Shown here piece by piece: positions 14,114 through 30,307 of a DNA stretch of 64,000 bases. This DNA is from Octopus vulgaris. Lineage: Eukaryota. The notes beneath the pieces were generated by a model. The model did no database searches. It worked only from the letters and a program-made list of their open reading frames with translations, and was not told where the DNA came from. How positions within the stretch are numbered: the first letter of the stretch is position 1; each line of letters starts with the position of its first letter. The position numbers and the translations under genes were made by a program. The stretch covers positions 125,178,001-125,242,000 of the forward strand of contig OX597815.1 of NCBI GenBank assembly GCA_951406725.2, given 5' to 3'.

Positions 14114-14848
14114 TCATCATCATCATCATCATCGTTTAACGTCCGCTTTCCATGCTAGCATGGGTTGGACGGTTCAACTGGGGTCTGGGAAGCCCGAAGG
14201 CTGCACCAGGCCAGTCAGATGTGGCAGTGTTTCTACAGCTGGATGCCCTTCCTAACGCCAACCACTCCGAGAGTGTAGTGGGTGATTTTATGTGCCACCG
14301 ACACAGGTGCCAGACGAGGCTGGCAGACGGCCACGCTCGGATGGTGTTTTTTATGTGCCACCGACACAGGTGCCAGACGAGGCTGGCAGACGGCCACGCT
14401 CGGATGGTGTTTTTTATGTGCCACCGACACAGGTGCCAGACGAGGCTGGCAGACGGCCACGCTCGGATGGTGTTTTCTCATGTGTCACCGACACAGGTGC
14501 CAGACGAGGCTGGCGGACGGCCACGCTCGGATGGTGTTTGTTACGTGCCCTCAGCACGGAGGCCAGTCATTGCGGTACTGGCTACGGTCACGTTCGGATG
14601 GTTTTCTTATGTGCCACCGGCACTGGTACCACAAGGATACAAATTCCATTGATGTTCATCTATTTTGATTTGGTTCGATTTGATTCGATACGATTCGATT
14701 CTCACTTGCCTCAACAGGTCTTCACAAGTGTCACAAGAAGGAAGGTATGCACAGGTGGACTGACTACGTCCCAGGTAGGGGCCACGGATTATGGCTTCAC
14801 TAGTCTTGCCGGGTCTTCTCAGGCACAGCATACTTCCATAGGTCTCGG
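14111..14848 (-). mobile_element. Non-autonomous retroposon with (GAT)n tail and four internal ~63-bp tandem units
   Basis: (tca)n followed by gtttaacgtccgctttccatgctagcatggg. Units start at 14291, 14354, 14417 and 14481. Related copies lie at 30704, 31415 and 43250. Confidence 0.8.
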
Positions 14849-14872
14849 TATATATATATATATATATATATA

Positions 14873-17800
14873 TAATAATTATTTGAAGGAATATTATTCC
14901 TAACTTACAGGGAAAATTTCAATTTAGAAATACTAAATCAAATTTCACAAAATATAATATATATATTTATATACATAAAAGTTAGAAAAAAATCACCTTT
15001 TATCAATTAAAAATGAACAATTAAATTACACCATCCAGAAAATGACATATAATAGAAATATTAAATATAAAATAACAATAATATACCGATGATTATGTAA
15101 ATTGCAAAATATATACATTTTAATATTATTTTGCCATACTCAAACTCGGTGTGTGACACACTAATTGTACATATTAGGCAACTTGATGTAGTTGTGTGTG
15201 CTACATATCGCCCTCCAGATGCCCCAAGCCATGTGGGCAAGTTTGAAGACTGCCTTATAAAAATAGAAGAAATTCTAACCACATTAGAACAACACATAGG
15301 TGTGCTTCTTATGGGAGACTTCAATCTGCCCAATGTCAGATGGCCCGAGGGCCTTTCTCTCCCAGGAATGACAAGATGTGAACGAGGACAGGCGAGGTCC
15401 CTCCTGAACCTCATCAACACCCTGTACATGGAGCAGGTAATACTCCAACCAACCAGGGCAGGTAACACACTGGATTTCTGCTTCACAAATGACATGGATC
15501 TCATCCATAATGTGAAAGTGACACCGACACTACTCTCGGATCACAACATGATAGAGCTGACCATGTACGGGCCAAAAGAGAGCACGGACATGCAGCCTAC
15601 AAGAAACCCTCAAAATCTTTCCAGCTTGAACTACCATAAGGCAAACTGGAAACAAATTGAGAAAGAGATCCTCAAACAAAACTGGCCTAAATGTCTCTCC
15701 TCGCCAGACATCGACGTGAAACTTCAACAATTCATGTCTGTAATGCAAGCCATATGCTACAAATGTGTCCCAGAGAGAAAGGCCACTGTACACAAGAACA
15801 AAATCCCTAGAGAGAGGAAAATTTTAATGAGACGGCGTACGAAATTTTCAAATCGCCTAAACAAACAGATTGAAAGCAGTGAAAAGTCCCGCCTAAAAAT
15901 AAAACTGTTGGAAATCGAAAAATGTCTGCAACTCTCCCATGAAAAAGAAAGAGCAGACGAAGAAGCCTGGGCTATAGAAAACATAAAATCTAACCCCAGA
16001 GCTTTCTACAGGTATGCCAAAGAAACAGCTACAGTGCACTGTAGAATAGGGCCACTCCTCGAAAAGGATGGCACACTTACAGGAAAACCAATGAGGGTAA
16101 GTGAAATACTGAATGAGCAATTCAAGAGTGTTTTCACTCCACCCCTTGGGCATCTCCAAATCACCAATCCAACTGACTTTTTTACCACTGCAGATATAAA
16201 ATCAGAGGCGGCGACGATAGATTACATCGATATAAAGGAAGACGATGTAACCAAGGCTATAGATGAAATGAAAACAGACTCAGCTACTGGCCCCGATGGA
16301 TTCCCGGCAATCCTCCTAAAAGCATGTAAGAGAGTCCTAGCAAGACCACTGCAGTTCCTCTTTCAGAGCTTCCTTGCAGCTGGCAAACTTCCAGGAAAAC
16401 TGAAGGAAGGTAAAATATGCCCCATTCATAAAGGAGGTAGCAGAGTGGAAGCCAAGAACTATAGACCTATCTCTCTGACCTCACACATCAGCAAGGTCAT
16501 GGAACGAATAGTCAGAAGGAAGCTGATCACCTTCCTTGAAGAGAATGACTTGCTGCCCGACACCCAACATGGTTTCCGACCAGGGAGAAGCTGTTTAACT
16601 CAGCTCCTACAACACTATGACTGGGTGCTGAAACGGCTGCTCAACCACTCAAATGTGGAAGTGATATATCTCGACTTTGCAAAGGCCTTTGATAAAGTCG
16701 ATCATGGAATGATATGTCACAAACTGCGTGATCTCAACATAGTTGGAAAACTGGGAGAATGGCTTCATGACTTTCTGAAGGATAGAAGTCAGGTGGTAGT
16801 AGCCAATGGGGCCACCTCCATTAACACACAAATAGTGAGCGGTGTTCCGCAGGGCACTGTTCTGGGACCACTACTGTTCATAATGGCCCTCTCAGACATG
16901 CCCTCAGCCACGCAGAGAGCAACGATCACAAGTTATGCAGATGATACAAAAGTTTCACAGGCAATACAGAACCCTGAGGACACTAAACACCTGCAATGTG
17001 AGCTGGACGAAATATACAAGTGGGCTGAAAAGAATAGCATGCAGTTCAATGCTGGAAAGTTTCAAGCTTTATACTATCAGCATGCAAAACTGAATGCAAT
17101 ACCCAATGAATACACTGGACCCGGATTGCAATCCCAGAGGCACAATCAGTGCGTGACCTGGGTATTCACATGAGTGATGACGCGACCTTTCATGTACATG
17201 TTGCTAAACTGACAATGAAATGTAGACGGCTGGCTGGATGGATTCTTAGAACCTTTAGAACAAGAGAACAAGAAACCATGATGGTCCTCTGGAAGACACT
17301 TGTCCTAAGCCACTTTGACTATTGCTCTCAGCTATGGTCACCATCCAGTGTCAAGTTGATCACAGAACTTGAGGCGATCCAACGAAGCTACACAAAGAAG
17401 ATAGCCTCTATGCAGAATGTAAGCTACTGGGAAAGACTCAAGAGATTAAAATTATATTCCCTGGAGCGTAGGCGGGAAAGATATGCCATAATATACATCT
17501 GGAAGATCCTGGAGGGAAGTGTCCTGAACTTTGGCATCGAGAGTTACGCAAATGCCAGAACTGGGCGCCATTGCGTGGTGCCTAGGACTCCAAACCTGCC
17601 ATCAAGATGTAGGACAAGATTCTGTGATAGCCTGGGCTTCCGAGGCCCACAGCTCTTCAATATCCTCCCGAAGAACCTGAGAGACCTGCATGGGGTGGAT
17701 ACAGATGTCTTTAAAATGAAGCTGGATCTCTTCCTGTCAGGTGTCCCAGATGAACCAACTTCACGGCAGGAGGGGCAGATGAGGGCAGCTGCATCGAACT

Positions 17801-18032
17801 CTCTCATGCACCAAATAGCAGTTACTAGAAAGCCTCCATGAAGTGAAACCAAGTAGCAACACCAAATGGCGGTGCCCCAGCATGGCCACAGCTCATAAGC
17901 TGAAACTAGAATCAATCAATCAATCAATCAATCGGTATATTATTGTTGGTTTATTTTTAATATTTCTATTATATGTAATTTTCTACATATTGTTCATTGT
18001 GAATTGATAAAAGGTATTTTTTCCTAATTCAT
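14873..18032 (-). mobile_element. Second copy of the 11861 fold-back element, interrupted by a LINE
   Basis: 14873-15134 and 17931-18032 match 11861-12120 and 12134-12234 with about 5 substitutions. Confidence 0.85.
15135..17933 (+). mobile_element. 5'-truncated CR1-clade LINE: ORF2 with APE endonuclease and reverse transcriptase, one frameshift
   Basis: Endonuclease motifs YRPP, MGDFNLP, TLD and SDHN. RT motifs YRPISLTS, QHGFRPGRSC, YLDFAKAFDKV, GVPQGTVLGP and YADD. Frameshift near 17123, stop at 17841, (AATC)n tail. Confidence 0.95.
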
Positions 18033-18169
18033 ATATATATATATATATATATACATGCATACATACATATATATACATGCGTACATACATACATATACAT
18101 GTGTACATACATACATATACATGTGTACATACATACATATACATGTGTACATACATACATATACATGTG

Positions 18170-18229
<60 letters not shown>

Positions 18230-18340
18230 TACATACATACATACATACATATATATATATATATATGCATACATATATATATGCATACATACATACATAC
18301 ATATATATATATATATATGCATACATATATATATGCATAC

Positions 18341-18374
<34 letters not shown>

Positions 18375-18408
18375 GCATACATATATATATGCATACATAC
18401 ATATATGC

Positions 18409-18451
<43 letters not shown>

Positions 18452-18498
18452 TACATATATATATGCATACATACATATATGCATACATACATACATAT

Positions 18499-18532
<34 letters not shown>

Positions 18533-18549
18533 GCATACATATATATATG

Positions 18550-18582
<33 letters not shown>

Positions 18583-18616
18583 GCATACATATATATATGC
18601 ATACATACATATATGC

Positions 18617-18650
<34 letters not shown>

Positions 18651-18668
18651 GCATACATATATATATGC

Positions 18669-18700
<32 letters not shown>

Positions 18701-19232
18701 GCATACATATATATATGCATACATACATACATATATATATATATATATGCATACATATATATATGCATACATACATACATATATATATATATGCATACAT
18801 ATATATATATACATACATACATATATATATATATATATGCATACATATATATATGCATACATACATACATATATATATATATATATGCATACATATATAT
18901 ATGCATACATACATACATATATATATATATGCATACATATATATATGCATACATACATACATATATATATATATGCATACATATATATATGCATACATAC
19001 ATACATATATATATATATGCATACATACATATATATATATATATGCATACATATATATATGCATACATACATACATATATATATATATATGCATACATAT
19101 ATATATGCATACATACATACATATATATATATATATGCATACATATATATATGCATACATACATACATATATATATATATATATGCATACATATATATAT
19201 GCATACATACATACATATATATATATATATGC

Positions 19233-19266
<34 letters not shown>

Positions 19267-19355
19267 GCATACATATATATATGCATACATACATACATAT
19301 ATATATATACATACATACATACATATATATATACATACATACATACATATATATG

Positions 19356-19389
<34 letters not shown>

Positions 19390-20172
19390 TACATATATAT
19401 ATGCATACATATATACATACATATATATATGCATATATATATATATATATATATACATACATATATATATGCATACATATATACATATATATATATATGC
19501 ATACATATATATGCATACATATATATATGCATACATATATAAATGCATACATATATATATGCATACATATATATATATGCATAGACACACACACACACAT
19601 ATATATATATGCATACACACACATATATATATGTATATATGCATACATATATATATATGCATACACACATTTATATATGCATACATATATATATATATAT
19701 ATGCATACACATATATATGCATACACATATATATGCATACACATATATATGCATACACATATATATATATATACATACATATATATATACATACATATAT
19801 ATATACATACATATATATATACATACATACATATATATATACATACATATATATATACATACATATATATATACATACATATATATATACATACATATAT
19901 ATATATGCATACATATATATATATGCATACATATATATATATGCATACATATATATATGCATACACATATATATGCATACACACATATATATATATGCAT
20001 ACATACATATATATATATTCATACATATATATATATGCATACATACATATATATATATTCATACATATATATATATGCATACACACATATATATATATGC
20101 ATACACACATATATATACATGCATACACACATATATATATATATGCATACACACACATATATATATATGCAT

Positions 20173-20210
<38 letters not shown>

Positions 20211-20496
20211 GCGTACACATACATATATACATACATACACATACATACATATATGCATACATACATATATGCATACATACATATATATATGCATACATAC
20301 ATACATACATAGTTATGCATACATATATATATATATATATGCATACATACATACATATATACATACATACATACATAGATACATACATACATATATATCT
20401 ATGTATGTGTGTATATATGCATACATGTATGCATATATATATATATATATATATGCATACATACACACACACACACATACATACATATATGCATAC
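18033..20496. repeat. Compound TA/TACA/TGCA satellite tract
   Basis: Low complexity. Confidence 0.95.
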
Positions 20497-20497
20497 A

Positions 20498-21282
20498 AAT
20501 TTTTTTTATATCTAGTTTCAGCTCACGAGATGTGGCCATGCTGTGGACCAACATTTGGTGTGTTGCAACATAATTTTACTTCACGAATGCTTCTTAGGAA
20601 TGGACATTTGGTGCATGAGAGAGTTTGATGCCGCTGCACTCATCTGCACCTCCTGCCGCAAAGTTGGTTCATCTGGGACACTTGACAGTAGGAGGTCCCG
20701 CTTTATTTTGAAGATACCTACATCCACCCCATGCAGGTCTCTCAGGTCCTTTGGGAGAATATTGAAGAGCTGTGGACCTGTGAAGCCCAGGCTATTGCAG
20801 TATCTTGTCCTACATCTTGATGGCAAATTTGGAGACCTTGGCACTAAGCAGTGGCGCCCAGTTCTAGTATTTGTGTAACTCTCGATGCCAAAGTTTGGGA
20901 CAAGTTCTTCTAGAATCTTTCAGATGTATATAGCATAGCTTTCTTGCCTATGCTCAAACAAAGAGAGTCTTAATCTCTTGAGTCTTTCCCAGTGGCTTAT
21001 ATGCTGCATAGAGGCTATCTTCTTCCTGTAACTTCATTGGATTGCCTAAAGTTCTGATATTAATTTGACTCTGGTTGGTGACCATAGCTAAGGGCAATAG
21101 TTAAAGTGGTTACGGACAAGTGTCCTCCAGAGGACCATCAGAGTTTCCTGATCTCTTGTTCTAAAAGTTATAAGAATCCATCTGGTCAGCCGCCTGCATT
21201 TCATTGCCAATTTAGCAACACGCACATGGAAGGATGCGTTGTTAATCATGTACGTGCCCAGGTCTCACGCTGAGTGTGCCTC
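20498..21282 (-). mobile_element. Degenerate 3' fragment of a LINE related to the 15135 copy
   Basis: ORF 20581-20844 (PNLPSRCRTRYCNSLGFTGPQLFNILPKDLRDLHGVD) matches the C-terminus of ORF 17149-17841, and the 3' UTR is similar. Confidence 0.9.
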
Positions 21283-21285
21283 TTT

Positions 21286-21286
<1 letters not shown>

Positions 21287-21333
<47 letters not shown>

Positions 21334-21716
21334 CGTATATGTATATACTTATGTATATATATATATGTGTATATATATATATACATATACGTATATATAT
21401 ACATATATATATATATATATACATATATATACATATACATATACATATATATACATATACATACATATACATACATATATATACATATATATACATATAC
21501 ATACATATATATATATACATACATATATATATATACATACATATATATATACATACATATATATATATACATACATATATATATATACATACATATATAT
21601 ATATACATACATATATATATATACATATATATATATACATATATATATATACATATATATATATACATATATATATATACATATATATATATACATATAT
21701 ATATATACATATATAT
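21287..21716. repeat. TA/TACA microsatellite
   Basis: Low complexity. Confidence 0.95.
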
Positions 21717-23472
21717 ACTTAGAATAACTTAGAAAGGTTTTTGGCCAGTATTGGCCCAGGCCATGTCTAACTTAATAGCACCTCCTGGCGAAGTCTTTCA
21801 GTTCAGGATTTGGGCACCAAGGCCCATTCGAGCAGAGAGTTATTGTTTGCGGAGACATATCCGGGTGTGGATGGTTTGTCCGGTACTGTTTGAAGGAATT
21901 TGTCCAAAGACTTCTTGAATTTTGTGTGGTCAGTTTCTTTTTTGACGTGTCCTGGTGTAATGTTGAAGAGAGCGGGTCCAATTGAGGTGAAATAGTTGTG
22001 CCGTATTGTCGTTATGTGATGCGATTTAGATTTTTGTTGTGGACGGATGGCACGTGGTCCAAGCCTTGGATGCATTTTGAAGGTGATGCCAACATCATTC
22101 GGACAGTGCTGATGGAATATTTTCCACATCATACAGATAATGTAGCGTTCACGGCGTCGTTGGAGTGAATACAATTTCAGCTTCTCTAGTCTACCCCAGT
22201 AGTCAAGGTCTGACATGCCATCTATCTTTTTTGTGATTGACCTTTGGGGAGCTTCAATTCTCATAATATTTTGTTTTGTGTAGGGAGACCACAGTGGACA
22301 GCAGTATTCAAGGTGGGGTCGGGCAAAAGTGGAGAAGAGAAGGATAATAGCGTGGGAATCTCTCGACTGGAAGGTTCTGAGAATCCAGGAACACATTCTG
22401 CGGGCCATGTCAACTTTGCTGCTTATATGTGTAGCCCAGCTTATGTTGTTGTCCACTGTTACTCCCAGGTCTCTGATGTTGTTGGATGCCATGAGAATTT
22501 CTCCAGAAGGAAGAGAGTATGGGAGTTTCAGAGCGTCCTCCCTTCCAAAGTGGATCAGTTCGATTTGTCTTCATTTAGCAACATGTTATTCTTTTCCGCC
22601 CATTGGACAACAGCTAGTAGGTCTGACTGAAGGTTTATTCGGTCATCCACGCCATTGATGACCTTCTGGAGCTTGGAATCATCAGCGAAGGTTCTGATGT
22701 TGCTGTGTTTGATGGTGTCAGTAATATCATTTATGTAGATGATGAAGAGAAGTGGGCCCAACACAGTGCCTTGTGGGACACCACTGCTGACTTTGGCTGG
22801 GCTGGATTTGACTCCTTCGACTACAACATGTTGGGTTCTGTTAGAGAGGAAGCACTTGATCCATTGCAGCAGCTTTCCAGTGACACCAATATTGGACAGC
22901 TTTCTCAGAAGGATCTTATGATCAACCCTGTCAAAGGCCTTGCTGAAATCAAGGTAGATGACATCAGTGTTGGAACCCTCTCCCAAGGCTCTCAAAATGT
23001 CATCAAAATGATGCAGTAGCTGCGTCAGGCAATCTCTCCCATTACGGAATCCATGCTGGTTGGGGTTCAGCATATTATGACTCTCAAGGAAGTGAGTCAT
23101 ACGCGATCTCAGCACCCTCTCAAATACCTTGATGATATGAGAGGTGAGTGAGATTGGACGGTAATTCACGGCAAGCGATTTGTTTCCTTTTTGAAAACTG
23201 GGACAACAGAATGGGATAGAAGGTCTTCTGGTATATATCCAGCATCCAATGAGTTCCGCCACAGATTGGCTAGAGTGGGTGCAAGTTGGTTTTGACACAT
23301 CTTCAAGACACAAGCAGGGAACCTATCGGGACCTACTGCTGAATTATGCTTCATTTCCTTTATTGCTGCTAAGACATCAGGAGCGCCAAATGTTATGTCC
23401 GATAAAGTGTATTGGGGAGTAACATCACTGATACAGCCCAGATCAGTCATATCAGGACCAGATCAGTCATAT
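21717..23472 (-). mobile_element. 5'-truncated CR1-clade LINE (second family), RT region with frameshifts
   Basis: ORFs 23166-23450, 22555-23313 and 21803-22492 contain YRPISLTS, QHGFRNGR, YLDFSKAFDRV, GVPQGTVLGP, FADD and RPHLEYCCPLWSP. Short repeated tail (ttctaagt). Confidence 0.95.
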
Positions 23473-26682
<3,210 letters not shown>

Positions 26683-27029
26683 AGGCTTGGGCCCCGTGCC
26701 ATCCGCCCAAAACAAAAATCGCACTCTCATCTCATAACAACAATACGGCACAATTATTTCACCTCAATTGGCCCCGCTCTCTTTAACATTACACCAAAAC
26801 ACATTAAAACAGAAACTGACCCTATAGGGTTCAAGAAGTCTTTGGACAGATTCCTTCAAGAAATCCCGGATAAACCCCCTACACCCGGATATGTCTCTGT
26901 AAACAATAACTCTCTACTTGAGTGGGCCATAGTGCCCAAATTCTGACTTGAAAGACTTCACCAGGTGGTGCTATTAAGTTAGACATGACCTGGGCCAATA
27001 ATGGCCGAAACCTATCAAAGTATCAAAGT
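26683..27029 (+). mobile_element. 3' fragment of the second CR1-clade family
   Basis: [35 protein letters not shown]...[11 protein letters not shown] matches ORF 21803-22492; (TATCAAAG) tail. Confidence 0.9.
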
Positions 27030-27272
27030 ATATATATATATACATATGTATATATGTGTATATATACATATATATATATACGTATATATATATGTATATA
27101 TATATATATATATACACATATGTACATATGTATATAAATATATACATATACACATATGTATATATATATATATATACATATACACATATGTATATATATA
27201 TATATACATATACACATATGTATATATATATATATACATATGTATATATATATATATATATACATATGTATA

Positions 27273-27302
<30 letters not shown>

Positions 27303-27317
<15 letters not shown>

Positions 27318-27373
27318 CTAGTATCAGCTCAGAGCTGCAGCCATGCTGATGCACCGCCGTTTTGTGCTACACT
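27303..27373 (-). mobile_element. Solo 3' tip of a first-family LINE with poly(A)
   Basis: Reverse complement ggcggtgcatcagcatggctgcagctctgagctgatactag(A)n matches 17868-17910. Confidence 0.75.
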
Positions 27374-27457
27374 GTTATATATATATGTATATATATGTAT
27401 ATATGAAAAAACAAGTCAAAAATAGAAAATGCTAAAATAATTTTATAGTGAACATTT

Positions 27458-27495
27458 CAGTACCGGTTTCGGTCATTTTGAGACCTTTTCAACTG
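27458..27495 (-). ncRNA. Minimal hammerhead ribozyme with U3-A8 core variant
   Basis: Minus strand: CAG-UUGAAAA-GGUC-ucaaaau-GACC-GAAAC-cg-GUA-CUG. Confidence 0.7.
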
Positions 27496-27615
27496 TAACG
27501 ATTAAATAATTAAATTTAGAAAAATTAGAAGAAAGGTTTTTTTAAAGGAATATTTCTATAGTAGTGTTCAGATATAAGTGGCATTCTGCCTTTCTCTGAC
27601 TCCCTTGTTTGCACT

Positions 27616-27705
27616 TGTGTGTTGGAGGTCGTTATGAGTTCTTGGTAGGGTAGTAGGACTTCTACTACTACCCTACCAAGAACTCACAACGACCTCCAAC
27701 ACACA
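27616..27705. repeat. Hairpin with 41-bp arms and 8-nt loop inside the PLE
   Basis: tgtgtgttggaggtcgttatgagttcttggtagggtagtag pairs with ctactaccctaccaagaactcacaacgacctccaacacaca; one mismatch. Confidence 0.9.
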
Positions 27706-28195
27706 GGCTGATGAGGAAAGGGGGTGGGAAAATCTGGGAGTGCCCTGATGGTTGTATTTTGAATGGTCAGTGGCAGCTAGCAGTCGCAGTTCAATTCAGG
27801 AGAATATTTCTATTGAAAGGCTTGTTTATAGAATTTGCGTAGGTGTTATACTAAAAAACATTAGTGACAAAGTTAAGGGGTAGAAGGTGGAGGAAGTAGA
27901 AGAAGAAGAAGATGAGGATGTTGATGATGATGATGATGATGAAGAAGAAGGAGGAGACGATGATGATGATGGTGGTGATGATTATGACGACGATGATGAT
28001 GATAATGATGATGATGAAGAAGAAGAGGAAGAAAAAGAAAAAAACAGAGAAGGGAGAATATGAATGGGTGAAAGTAGTGAGGTGTTGTATGACTTGAAGT
28101 TGGCATGTTATGGATTATAGCTGTGATTAGTAATGGATTCTTTGGAATGTAATATTTGTGTGTGTATATTTCTTTTATTCTAAAGTTGAGGTATA

Positions 28196-28603
28196 TTAAT
28201 TGTTTGTCGTAGACCCGTTAAGAAGTGGCCTGTATTTTGTAATAAAGAGAGTTTCTTTACTTATTCGTTGTCTCGAGGTTGTATCGTCCCTAAATTGGTA
28301 GAGGGGGAAAATCCTGAAGCTTGGTGTTTTTTTGTTGGCGCAAGTATCTATGTGTTGGCTAAAAGCTATTTTTCTGTTTTGGGGAATTTTTATCTGGGAT
28401 CTGTGCAGGGCCATTCGTTTACGCTAACTATTTTTTGTTTGGCCTATGTACTGCTCTTGACACCCGGAGCAGGTTAGTGAGTATATTAGGTTCTACGAAG
28501 CACATGTGAAGTTGCTTTTCACTGTAAACCGTTGTCCCTGTTTGAAGGAGAACTCTGATCCCTCAATTAGATAGTCGCATATCCCGCAATTGGGTCTTCC
28601 ACA
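28196..28603 (-). pseudogene. GIY-YIG endonuclease domain of a Penelope-like (Neptune-type) ORF, two in-frame stops
   Basis: One frame reads [12 protein letters not shown]...NFTCAS*NLIYSLTCSGCQEQYIGQTKNS*RKRMALHRSQI...FSQH...RISKETLFITKYRPLLN. It has a Cys-rich linker, LIY/YIG motifs and conserved R, H, E and LN. Confidence 0.9.
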
Positions 28604-29158
28604 TATGTATATATGTATATACATATGTATATATATATATATATACATATGCATATATATATATATATATAAGTATATACATATGCATATATATATATAT
28701 ATAAGTATATACATATGCATATATATATATAAGTATATACATATGCATATATATATATATATATAAGTATATACATATGTATATATATATATAAGTATAT
28801 ACATATGCATATATATATATATATAAGTATATACATATGTATATATATATATATAAGTATATACATATGCATATATATATATATAAGTATATACATATGT
28901 ATATATATATGTATATACATATATGTATATACATATGTATATATATGTATATACATATGTATATACATATATATATACATATATATATATATGTATATAT
29001 ATGTATATACATATATATATACATATATATATATATATATGTATATATATGTATATACATATGTATATACATACATATATATATATATGTATATATATGT
29101 ATATACATATGTATATACATATATATATATACATATATATATATACATATGTATATAC

Positions 29159-29189
<31 letters not shown>

Positions 29190-29430
29190 CATATATATAT
29201 GTATATATACATATATATATGTATATACATATATATATATATATATATATACATATATATGTATATATACATATATATATACATATGTACATATACATAC
29301 ACACATACATACACACACACACATATATATACACATACACACATATATACACATATATATACACATACATACACATATATATACACATATATACAAATAC
29401 ACACACATATATATATATATACATACATAT

Positions 29431-29461
<31 letters not shown>

Positions 29462-29470
29462 CATACATAT

Positions 29471-29503
<33 letters not shown>

Positions 29504-29512
29504 CATATATAT

Positions 29513-29545
<33 letters not shown>

Positions 29546-29554
29546 CATACATAT

Positions 29555-29587
<33 letters not shown>

Positions 29588-29594
29588 CATATAT

Positions 29595-29625
<31 letters not shown>

Positions 29626-29628
29626 CAT

Positions 29629-29703
<75 letters not shown>

Positions 29704-29750
29704 TATATATTCATAAATATACATACACACATATATATACATATATATAT
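28604..29750. repeat. TA/CA compound tract
   Basis: Low complexity. Confidence 0.95.
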
Positions 29751-29751
29751 G

Positions 29752-30106
29752 TATTGTGTTGTCCGGAAAGTTCGTGCTCATTTATAGTAGTTTACCTTTC
29801 AACTTATTTTAGAATATGATTGAGTCAACAAAATAGTATTTGACTACACCTCCATTTAGAACACAGTTTCAGCTATCCTTTCGTGAAAGAAGATTTATGT
29901 TTCTATAACCTGGGTTAATTCTGTAACCCTTGAAAATGGAAGATAAGAAAGTTCATTTTTGGCACTTGATGCTTTGGGAACAAGACAAAAATATCTGCAG
30001 CTCGGCTGGGATGTGTTACCCCACCCTCTGTATTCACCAGATATTGCTCCTTCAGATTTCAACTTATCCAGGTTTTTGCAGAATAATCTTCATGGTAAAA
30101 ATTTCA
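29752..30106 (+). mobile_element. Internally deleted mariner transposon fragment
   Basis: An N-terminal MEDKKVHF.HLMLWE piece is joined to LGWDVLPHPLYSPDIAPSDF (mariner YSPDLAPSD motif). A probable 5' TIR follows a TA. Confidence 0.85.
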
Positions 30107-30268
30107 TATATATATACACACACACATGCATACATATATACACATACACACATATATATACATACACATACATATATATTTATTTACATTCACGTACACA
30201 TATATATATAAATACATACATACATACACTTACATATATATATATATAAATACATACATACATACACT

Positions 30269-30307
<39 letters not shown>

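Larger units (their letters stand above)
27404..28603 (-). mobile_element. 5'-truncated Penelope-like retroelement (GIY-YIG endonuclease, 3' region, hammerhead-bearing pLTR)
   Basis: See the pseudogene and ribozyme entries within it. Both ends abut TA microsatellite. Confidence 0.85.

Noticed and set aside
14291-14545. CRISPR-like array
   Set aside because: Contiguous tandem units without unique spacers, inside a eukaryotic retroposon.
27873-28106. His-rich and Met-rich ORFs
   Set aside because: Produced by a (GAT/GAA)n microsatellite in the PLE 3' region.
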